Of a stretch of 64,000 nt of DNA, positions 37,899 through 49,800 are shown in pieces. A program made the translations under genes and the position numbers. Source of the stretch: Phoronis australis (taxonomy: Eukaryota > Animalia > Phoronida). The stretch spans positions 513,326 through 577,325 of the forward strand of contig NMRA01000034.1 in the NCBI GenBank assembly GCA_002633005.1, given 5' to 3'. How positions within the stretch are numbered: position 1 is the first letter of the stretch; each line of letters opens with the position of its first letter. The notes beneath the pieces are model-generated. The model searched no databases. It was not told the origin of the DNA and worked only from the letters and a program-made list of their open reading frames with translations.

Positions 37899-40800
37899 GT
37901 AATGTTTTTAAACTTCATGTAAAAGATGGACATGAGAGCTCTGTCACAGACATCGCTTGTGGTAGATCTTCTATGCCCATCTGTCCCGAGATCATTTTCT
38001 GTATTACAGTGGTGCCAACTTAATGTCATAACGGGTAGTAGAATATCCATGTTGCTGTAATGAAATATCAAGAATTTCCCCAATAAGTCCACTCATAATA
38101 ACTCACATAATATCATGATTTAATTATTGTCACATTCGTGAATATTGTTATTAAAAACCAGCAAATGACCATGTATACCTTTGTTTTTCTCTCTTAGACT
38201 AAAAAGAAACATAATTTATTATGCGCGTCATGACATCATCCCTGTCCACCATCCGCTGCTCTATCTTCAAAACACTTAGATGTATGTTCATAAAATTTTA
38301 CACTTGAGTTCCCTTTATGGATGGGACGGCATGAGTGAATTTTCAGACGGATGCCACTACCGGTGTGTCCCCTAGTGGCAATTTTATTTTTTTACATGTC
38401 TGTATATTCAAAGGTCCTCAGCGGATTTTCATAAAATTTGGCAGATTAGTGAGATGACGCTATCGTCACGTGTTGTGAATATCGACATATATGCTTCTAC
38501 TGTGAAGGGGACGGCTGACCATGATTTTCGATGACTTCAGCTACTGTGGCGCATCTGAGACTCTCCACTTAGCATGATTAGCTTGACTGGTTACGATCAC
38601 CGCCAAGTCGAAAAAATGCCTGGCATATCCTGCTAATTATCATAATTTGCGTTGAAACTAAGGGCATGATATTAAGCGGACTCCCGTAATTTTCAGTGTT
38701 GCGTCACAATAAATGACCATTTACACTCATTAACTCTTCTGTTAATATCTGGAAATGGAGCTTTGCTGATACACAGTCTATGTTCATGGGTCTTTCATGC
38801 TATAGCTTCACTTGAAGTAGTTACCCCATGAATCACTCCTTTGGTATGGTTGTCATGTATTTTGAATTTCAATGTCATAGCCAAAATGTTTTTCCAAAAG
38901 TCCAACAAATTCCTTTATTATGCGCCCACATATTTATATGTGGACGCATTATGCCGTCATCTCCATTCGTACGTCTGTTCGTACGGGCGGGGTGCGTCCA
39001 GCGTCCGCTGCTCTATCTCCAAAACCCTTTGACATATGTTCATGAAATTTAGCACTTATGTTCCATTCATGAATGGGACGGCATGTGCGAACTTTCGGAC
39101 GGATCCGACTACCGGTGTGCCCCCTAGTGGCAATTTTAATTTTTTTACGCTTACCTTTGTATCTTCAAAAGTCCTGAACAGATTTTCATGAAATTTGGTG
39201 TGTAGGCACCTATTAGTGAGATGACGCCATCCTCTCGTTTTCAGATGGATTCGACATAGTTTGCACCACCTAGTGGCCAGTTTTACTGTTTTCGAGTCTA
39301 TATTTTTGCGTCCACCCCTCTATCAACCAAACCGCTCAAAGGATGATTGTGAAAATTGGCATGTATGTGCTTACTATAAAGAAGACAGCTCACAATGATT
39401 TTCAGACGATTTGGACTACTGTGACGCCTCCTAGTGGCAGTTTTGTTTTTTTTTGCGCCTGTGGCTGTATCTCCTAAACCGTTTGCAGGATCTTTACGAA
39501 ATTTAATAAGTGTATTTATATGGTATTAACAACAGACGATGACGACTTTTGGACGGATCCACCTACCAGTGTGCCCCCTAGTGGCAATTTTATTTTTTTA
39601 CGTTTACCTCTGTATCTTCACAAGTCCTTAACGGATTTTCATGAAATTTGGTATGTAGGCACCTATTAGTGCGCTGACACTATCCTCCCGTTTTCGGATG
39701 GATTCGACCTAGTTTGCGACACCCAGTGGTCATTTTTATTGTTTTTGAGTCTGTTTTTTGGCGTCCACCCTTCTATCAACCAAACCGCTCTATGTATGAT
39801 TGTGAAAATTGGCATCTATGTTCTTACTATGAAGAGGACGGTTGAAGCTGAATTTTCCATGACTGATTACTGTGGCGCCTCCTAGTGGCAGTTTTTTTGC
39901 GCCCATGGCTGTATCTCCCAAACCGTTGGCAGGATCTTTACTAAATTTAGGAAGTGTATTTATGTGATGTTGACAACGGACGATAGCGACTTTAGGATGA
40001 TTCTGACTACCGGTATGCCTCTAGTGGCAATTTAAGTATTTTACATTGACCTCTGTATTTTCATAGGTCTTCAGGTGTATACTTTGTGTTACTTAATTTG
40101 TGACTAAGAAGGAAAAGTTCCAAGTAGAAATTTGTTTCTGGCATTCTAATGCTGTGCTAATCTTGTATGTTAGTAAATTTGTTTTTAATTCTATGTTTCT
40201 GTGGTGCTTTAAGCAACTGATGTATAAGATGTGCTTGTATTATGAAGATCACTCACATTGGCCTCTAGCCTATTGAGGAGACAATGACCATGTCTTTCCA
40301 TTTTGCAAAGTACAACATACCACGGTACTACATACATGCACTCTACTGGCCACTTTATGGTACCAATAAACAACCCTAGAAGTATACCGTATATGGTGCA
40401 ATTGTGGGCGTATTTCAACGCTCTGCGTTGCTCTTGTTCCTCTAGTTAGCCAAGCTGATGGAAGATCTCAAGCAGATGGGTCCGAGACCGAACAGGCCAG
40501 CATCCTCTAAGGTACGGATATTTGTACTTGTGGAAAATTTTTTGCATTGTGTTTTACATACATCCGCTGTCCCTTTGTTAATGCCCTATGTAGTGCCATC
40601 TGTGATAACCATTGTTTGCAACTTGGCTTTGTGGGGACTTTTTTATTCCTTGAGGTCTTGTTCAGTGAATAAAATGACCCACCATGTCAAGCCAACTAGC
40701 ACTGCCTGATTTCAAGCTAGTATGAAGTCTCAGGAAAGACTCAGAAATTACCTCTAATTTCAATCAGAAATGAATTAAGATCAGTCTCCAGAAAGTTAGT

Positions 40801-43800
40801 TTTTGAGGGAACATGGGTTTATAACCTCACCTGGTACACTTTTTGCTCAGTAATTTTGCTCATTTGAAAATGCTGTTATGAGGATTCAATAGATGGCACT
40901 GGATGCAGCTGAATAACGTTTTATAATGTGCTTCTTTCTTTATTTTTTTGAGTCTATCCCAAAACATTCCTCCGTTTAAATTATGTATTTTTGAGATGTG
41001 TGTCAGTTTCAGTTTCATTATCATCATTGCTTGAACTAAAGTTTGCTACAACTAAGGTGATCTGCTGCTTCATTAATTTTCAAAGTTTTGTTGTGTTGAG
41101 ACATATTGATAAGTCCACCTCTGTTCGCAGTTTGTTTCTGAAATTTGACATGCAGGTTCATCTTGTCCGTAAGAACAATTTGTCCATATTATCAAAATAG
41201 CTGAGATTTAAAGCATTGGTTACCAGTCTTTAGAACACTTTCATCACAAGACATGTTCAAAATGGACTCACTGTTCTTTTCGTCATTTTCAGCAATCCAA
41301 AGCCAGCAGTCGAAGACAGAGCGAGGGGGTGATAAGACGTAATCCCTCACGCAGTACACGCTACTCCCCTGTTAACTACAGCCCACCACGTACTCGCAAT
41401 CGTCAAAGATGTGGTTCAGTGACCAGCAGCACAGGATCTTCATCAACAGTATCAACTCCTGAGGTTAGTAGGTCACCTTTACCACCACCTTTGATTGGGC
41501 AGCTTGTTTAAAATACAGTAAGCTCCAAGATTGAATGTGTCCCATTTCAGACAGGAACATGATTTGTATTGCAATAAACTACGATTTGAAGCTAGGTGCA
41601 ATAACATCACATTAAGCTTCAACAAAAGTTCGATAAAACACTATGTTATTGCTACAAAAACTCGACTAGAGCGCTAAATATTGTCAGGATGTTTAGCCAA
41701 GTCTGCCAGAGTTCTGTCAATGTGTGTTTAGGTTATTTTGAAAATGACCGTAAAAGAGCAAAAACATTCTATGTAAAATACAACCCTACAAGAGACACCA
41801 CCCTCTGCACCTGTAGATGAGACTTTGTTGCATGTGTCTACATGCATGCCACCCAAGGAAAAACCTTTTTTGAAAAAAGGCATTGTTTGAGTAAAGGCAA
41901 ATGAGCGTAACTCTGTGCGTATACGGTAGCCTTGTGACTCGGGGAATCTGCCAATTTCTTTAATATCATCCGTAAATTTCGACTATTCAAAGCATTCAAA
42001 GCATGACTTCATGTCCGTCCAAGTTTGCATCATCTCTTCAGTGGCTTTTATGACATTTATATTGCTGGTCGGTCTTAGCGTTTTGGGTGTATTTTTTCTA
42101 TTAAAAGGTGCATTTTCTCCTTTCTGAAGTCGTAGACTTAGTACCTTGAAAAGCAGCAAACTAATATCAGTTTGACAGGTTCAGCCAGACATTATTTGTG
42201 GATACCACGAGACTATTAAAGGTTTTGGGTTTTAAAATCAAAATTTTGTCAATGAGTTGTTCACTCATTTCAGTTTTTCGTGGAATTTACTGGAAATTGG
42301 AAATAAATAATACTTCCCACATACATCTAGTTATGTTAATTTATTCTTGCATATTCAACAGAGTTATAACTTTCCAAGTCATTAACATATCATACACCCG
42401 TTAATCCGTGATAATCAAAATTTCAATTTAATTTGCAGAAAAAATTTTATGTGAAGTTCAGAATGTTCGGCCATAAACGACGTGACTTTGATGAAGACAG
42501 TGAATCCATATTTGTAGCAGACGATGAAGATGAAGAAGGTGAAGATGAGGTAATTTCAAAGATTTACTTCTGATTGGAATGGAAGCTTTGTCAAAATGAA
42601 ATTTCTCTCTGGTCCTCATGAAAAGATGTGTAAAATTTGGATTTTATGTTTAAGAAGTATGTTGCAAATAAAAGAATGAAATACAGGGCCCAATTTGGCT
42701 AACTGCAGGTATCCAATATGAAGCCAATGTTTACACCAACTGTGCCTACGTCTGTGCTAATTGAAAGAAGCCTTAAAACATGACCGATATTTATTCATAC
42801 CTCATATGGTAAAAGTTTACCCAACTTGTACATTTATGTTCTCCTAAAACAAGTCACAATAATCTTACACTGAACATGTCTTGGTGATCACATGATCCAA
42901 TTGTTTTTATGGAAACTAACCAAGCCATCCCAGGCATCCGTTTTGACAACACCTTTTGGTTTAAAGGTAACTTTAAATTATCTTAAATAAAAGGTGAGAG
43001 GTATCGTCCTCTATCTGTTCATATGGCAAACTGTTATTGGTATCGCTGCTCTGGATCCTTGTTGGAGGTGAAGTTCCACTTTGGTTGTTAGTTGGGGTCG
43101 ATGTGTTTGCCGTCTTTTTAATTTCTTTTTAATATTAGCACAACCCCAAGAATTGCTTTTTGATTACATCTAGGTTCTCTTTCACTTCGTTTCATACATT
43201 GATTAGCACGACCGATCTCAGAGTAGTAGGAGACTGATTTGTGCAATGCACGATTGTCAGCCAGTAAAGCCAGGACTCAAATCCAGGTTTCCCAAATGGG
43301 AGTCCGAAGCACAAACCACTGAGCCATAGGTCACGTCAGCATTCATGCTGTGCAGACTAAAATGAGACGGAACTTTACACCAAGCACAATTGATGTAGCA
43401 TGTGTCATCTTTATAGCCTCTTAGTCTGAACTGACATTCTAAATTTATATAAAAATGAACTCGGGCTATGGTAACAGTTAAAATTCTTCAATTTTGGGAA
43501 AAGAATACTAAAATGAATGTTTTTCTATCTTTAATAGGCTAACTACTTCTTTACAAATGCTCAAAATTTTATCAAATGTTGTTCGGTGACAGCTACGCGA
43601 TACAAACCGTGGTTAAGTAAAATGAAGCCATGTTCTGAAAAGTTATAATTCTTGATAAGAAATATAACAAAATTACACTTCACGTGTCCGACAAATCATG
43701 TCCCGAACTGGAGAATTTCTGCTGTATGCATTCAGCTGTTTGTTATTTCAGGAGGAGCAGCATTTTGAGACGGCGCTGTCACCTCGCAGACACGCTCGTG

Positions 43801-46800
43801 TTGACTACGACAAGAAAGCTGCAGAAGATATCACGGAGGAAGACTTGTCTGCCGTCGCAGAATGTGTCCGTGACAAGCACTATGACAGCTATGACGTAAG
43901 TAGGCCAAAAATCGTCGTGTGGTATGACAATTCTTCTCTTACTTCGCACAAAATTAATTCCTTAAGTTGTCATTTGCTGTTTTTCAAGTGTAGATTGATA
44001 CCTTACTGCCAATGTTGGAAATTTTGACAGGTGTTTTATGACGGTTATTTTTTGTTGAGAAATTAATACAAAATGAAATCTCACTTGTCTAACATATTGC
44101 GCCCGAAACTTGAAGAATTATTGAATATTTTGTCTCGTGGGTTTGTTTCTGAATTTCTTTATACGGAGTGAGAAAACACTTTCAAGTTGATCCAGATACT
44201 GACAAGTTGACGTTACAATAATTCATCACACGACTTTACTCTGTCAACCTATATTGTGAAGTTTCATGTTTTTTGTCTATAATTTGATTGGCTGATCTTT
44301 TTTGAAATTGTGTAGTCAATTCCTGGCTACCCAGGACTATATCTTTGTTGTTATATTCAAAATCCAGGTATAAATGTCTAAATGAACTGGCGCACCTCAC
44401 GAGTCAGACTTGGACATTGATTATGCCTATTTTGTATGTGTTTTGTCACTGAATTAAGCCCCATTTTCTCTGGTCATTGTGTTTATCGGATATCTGGTGT
44501 CACAGACTTCTGTCATTATAAGCCATCGGTGGCTGTCATTCTATAGGAAAACCATATGACTGGTGACTGACTGCATTGCCAATAGAAGGGTGCGCCCGAA
44601 GATGTGCGGAGAGCACTTCCAGCTCACGAAATACGTTGCCTGCGTTTTGATCTCCGGCTCTGTGACTTAAACGTGCCAATTACAAATCCCCTGATTGAGT
44701 TCCAGCAATAAAAATAGTCCCAACAGTTTTCAAGAATTATCCACACTTTCACAAACTAGAACGGACACGCAAGTGTGTAACGAGTGATACAAACAAAATG
44801 TTTACCAATAGGGACATACCATGAAGAATAACAATCCACTTAGAGATTACTTGATATTGGACTGCTTTTTTACAAAAATAATATCTAATAATTTAATAAA
44901 GAGGTTTGAGCATGTGGTTGAGTGTTGGAACCTACCAAAATTTTTCATTATAAGTAGTTCTTATGAATGACCCCCATAAAGGACCAGTGAGACCCGAAAC
45001 CCTCTGGAAAAAGTAATAGTATAGTTTCTTGAAGCAATGGCAGCTGATAACATGGGCTAACTGTCTCCTGCTGCCCTCTAGTGGAAAATGGTGGAATTTC
45101 ACTTTGGTGACAAATGCTTTGTGTGCTTAAAATATGCTATAGAGACTATGCTCAGACGTTAGAAAATCATTGGCAGCGGAGATAGGTTAATTTGAAGGGC
45201 CGTTCTACCATGTTGGCATAACCAAAACAAAACTATTATACAGCATGCTGCTTTTATGACTCTCGCCAACGTTTATCTCTTGAACATTAACCCTTTCGCA
45301 GTGTCCTTGATCCACCACTGTTAAGAACATCATCGTAATATTGTTTTCAGGGCACAACATGCCACCAGTGTAGACAGAAGACGGATGACTTCAAGACCAT
45401 CTGTAGGTCACCATTGTGTATGGGGGTCAGAGGTCAGTTCTGTGGCCCATGTCTGAGGAACAGATATGGAGAAGACGCCAAACAAACTCTAAGAGACCCA
45501 GTAAGTAAATTATTTGAACCAAGTAAAAAGTTTGATTTGGGCTGGGCTCATTTCTATAGTTGATCTGGAGACTTAAGGTGTATTCTAAACATTTTTAAAA
45601 GAGGAACTTGTAACTCAAAAGGTGGAGCTGGTGTAACAATGGCCTATTTTCACAGTAGTTCCACCTAGTGAGTATTTTACCACCTACTGCATTTCAGTTT
45701 AAAATCAATCTTTCACAACACTAGATGTTAATCTGTGGCAAGAATTTGATTTTCTGCAAAAATTCCTTTGTTGGGTTGTTCTCTTTCTTATATTCAGTAG
45801 GAATCCAGACCAACCCGTATCTGGTTAACTAGGAAATAAATACCCTAAGTCTATACGAGATTATGAATGTTTTGACCCGTCACCATCAATATCCTCCAAT
45901 ACACGACTTTTGATATTCTCACTTTTGTTAACCCACCTGAGATGATACTGCGGGGTGTACCTTCTCCAGAATGTATCTGAAATAGTACAAGCCCGATTAA
46001 GATGTTAACTGTGCCACCGGGCAAATTCAAACAACACAAGATGATCGTTGTCTAGTGCCCGTTGACACACTCACATGGCGCAGAAATGGCAAGGTGGAAA
46101 TTGTAGGCAGGAATGTGGAGTCTGCATGCTCTAGTGGTGTGAGTCACAGTTTATGTTGAGAAAGAGAAAATTATGCATGTTCTTGGGTGTTACAGTCGCC
46201 ATTGTGACCCAAAAAGTGTTGAGTAAGTAGAAGAGCAGTATTTGGTCTCCAAGGTGCCCAGCAAGTTTTCTGAGCGATTTGGCTTTCTATCGTTCGTCTG
46301 TGTGGAAATCAGAATAAAGGTGTTTTTACTTGGGACATCAGTTATCATTTTTGAAGCATCATTTAAAATAAAATTGTTTCCATTGTTTTCAAAAGGGTAA
46401 AGGTTGAGAAACTTACTACTGACTTGCACTTGCTGTTGCATCTGACTCAGCGACATCACGTTTTCATGGATTCTTAATGATGCAGACGCGTTATTGAAAA
46501 TATTGGAAATGGTGCTTTCCAAGACTCGCTGTGTTGTATGTGTATATGCAAGGAGCCTCTTTGAGCATTTTGATGGTTAGGAATAGGATTGTAATGCTCA
46601 CTTTGAATTGAGCAGCTGGCGACGTGATGAATAATTTTAATAATGGTTTGGCTGCAAGTTTATCAACTCTGCCAGTTTGCAAAACAGAACTTTTGAATCT
46701 TAAAAAGCACACTAGAAATGGATTTCTACCATCATAGAGTTGAGAGTTTGCCTGCCATTAAAGAGTTCCCACCATGCATTTTGTCACTAAAAAGCAAATA

Positions 46801-49800
46801 TGAAATGAATACCATAAAATCTAACTAAATATTAAACAACTTTTTTGCCAAATAGTCGTGAATTTTTTAATTTTGAAGAAAAATTAGTTATTTCCAAGTT
46901 TCCCACCAAATGGTGTAATGGGTGGAAGACGTTTGGTCACTTGACAATCAATTGCAATGGTGGAACACAGCTGATTAGAAGACGAGGACGATTTTGAGCT
47001 AGAACTGGACAATTATGGAGACAGAGGAGAGTGAATACGGGCATCACACTCAAGTACTTGAAGAATCAGACAATGAATTCGATTTCCCACTTAGTGATTT
47101 TTTGTCAGCTTTGAGGCTGTATGAACTCTATCCTTTTGCACAGAAATGCTGCAGACATGTGAGCCACAACCAACTGAACAAAGGGGTGGTGAATATTCAC
47201 AAAATAGACTCTTAATAATTACTGACAAAGGCCACCGTAAATAAGTTTTAAGCAACTAGTCTAGCTTACTACACGTTAACGATTATCATGCTAAGCTTCC
47301 ACTATATAAGTATCATCTGCTTTAGATTACCACTGGTTACTCGGTATAATGCCCAAGTCAAAGGATCCCGATGACACGTTACCCGAATTCAAACTGGAGA
47401 TTGACGATTTACGAGTGAGAGAAAATGACAGATAAATTTTACTGAATAAAGATGTAGTTGTTTCTATTGAAATCATGTGTCTTATTTTTCATAGCGTATA
47501 AATGTTGGTACAATGCCTTTTGTTGAGCATGTGATTATTATTTTCATGCTTGATGATGTCAGCTGGTTCGTGGTGCAGTGGTTAAAGGCGAAGGCAACCA
47601 TTTTCATGCCATTTTTAGCAAAAATACGGTTCGTTGATTGTCCCAGACCCATTTTTCACTGAATTGCAGCTTTTCGTAATTTAATTAATTACTCGTTCTC
47701 CACTCTGGAAGTGACGTTTTGGGAGGCAAGAATTTCGCGCCACTTTGGTTCTGCTTTGAGTTTACTGTGAGAATCTGTACTACTTTTGTTTTGGTGCTGT
47801 TTTTCTAAAATTGTCCTCACCACTTCCCATCGACGAGTATTCTACGACAAGCTAGGTTGTTAGAGAACTCAAATTACGTTGGATTTAGGGATTGTTTAGT
47901 TTGTAGTAACCTGAAAGTGACTGGAGTCGACAACCCATACCACAGTGACAGTAGTGAGACATTGTTCATAGCAGTGGTGACGAGGAATTTTTTCACGGAC
48001 AGTCAGTGGGTGGGTATATGTTTGAGCCCGAGTATCATGAGGCAAAGTACAACAGGCACAACTTGCCCGAGTGTCCCGTGACACACTAACACTGGATGGT
48101 AACCTGAGCATCCAAACTGCTTACATCCCGCCATTGTGACTCGCTCGCCACATATCTGGCACCGTCTAAATAGCTCCAATACTTTAGACAAGTCCACAAT
48201 AAACTTATCAAAGTTTGGCTCGCCGATCTGTTCATTGGACGAAAAACTGTCCTCGTCACTGTGTGTCGAACTGGGCCTGTACTCACTCCCACTACTCAAC
48301 ATCGCTGCAGGGATGCTTACAGGCTCTGGGCTAGAGACAACAGCACAGGGCAAATCACAGCTAGTTCTGGAATTGCATGCTCTGAAGATACGTTCAGAGG
48401 CACAGGTGACATGAAGCCTTGCCTCCAGTCACTGTAGTGTCCACAGCTTGCGAGGCTTCTCGCTTCAAAAACGCACTTGGGGGTGGCAACGGGGCATTCC
48501 TGGGAATCAGCAGCGACGGTATATGGCATCCTTCTTCAGGCATTGTTTCGGAGGGACCTTCTTCCATTAAGCGTACCTATCTCTCTCGTAATCTGACCAC
48601 AGAAAATGCTTGCCACACACTCGGTAACCCTCCACTGCTTTAACCCTTATCCTGCTGAGCCTCTATTCAGACTACTTTCCCTGTGTGCTGAGCTAAGTAG
48701 GTCACCATTACTGCTGTACACTAAGCTGTTGGGAGGTCACCCAGACAAATGACCTAACAATTTTAAATTGGAAATTTGAAGGGGAAATGTTAAATTAAAA
48801 GAAAAGAAGTCAATATAAAACTTGTGCAGAATTTAATGGAGATTTTTACCATGTGTAAGTCTTTATCATAGCCTTGGTGAAAGTAAACTGATCCACTGTC
48901 ATCCTCTCCCGTATGGCTCCAGCCATCTAATGAAACTATGTGTCTACACTTACACAAACCTGCCAATATCTCCCAAACTAGTAATCACAGCCATATGGTT
49001 TAAATTGGAGAACTGTAGAGGAAATTGTGAAGTATGGAATGCTCATGGTCACATATCAAAACAACATTCCAGGGCTCTTACAATTTCTGAATGAAAATCA
49101 CAAGTGTCCTGGGGTGAGTGCACTCTCCTAGCGCAGCCCAGCTGTAACTTATTATAGTCGATTGAGTACACCCAACGCATTGTAATAGGATAATTGGTAT
49201 GTCGGCTGACCTCGTCTAGCGCAGGATAAGGGTTAAACGTTGCATGGACGGGTAACGCTGCGTTCTTCACACGAACGAGCCAAATACGGCAAAGTGTGTC
49301 ATCATTCGGAAAGCGATGCAAAGGTACTCTCAAAGCGCGCGCGAGATGATAATGAGTACATCCCGGTACACAGCAACAGTGTAGCATGTTAACTGACTCG
49401 TAAACAAAAGCAAGCGATGAACGAACTTGTCACAACCGAGGTAGAACGATGACTGACTCGACAGCTTTCACAGTCAGACTATATGAAAAGAAATTGGCGC
49501 GAAATTCTTGCCTCCGAAAACGTCACATCCGGAGTAGAGGACGAGTAATTAATTAAATTACGAAAAGCTGTAATTAAGAGAAAAATATGTCTGGAATAAT
49601 CAACGCACATTATTTTTGCTAAAAATGACATGAAAAAAGGTTGCCTTCGCCTTTAAGTCAACGACTCGATACTCTTGCGAAGCGGGTTTGAAACCAGACT
49701 CCGGTTCCTGCCAAAATGTTATTCAACCCATGTTGAGTAACTAAATTATTGGGTTATTCAACAGTAGTATTGGCCGTGTCAGGCTGATAATGTGGTATAA

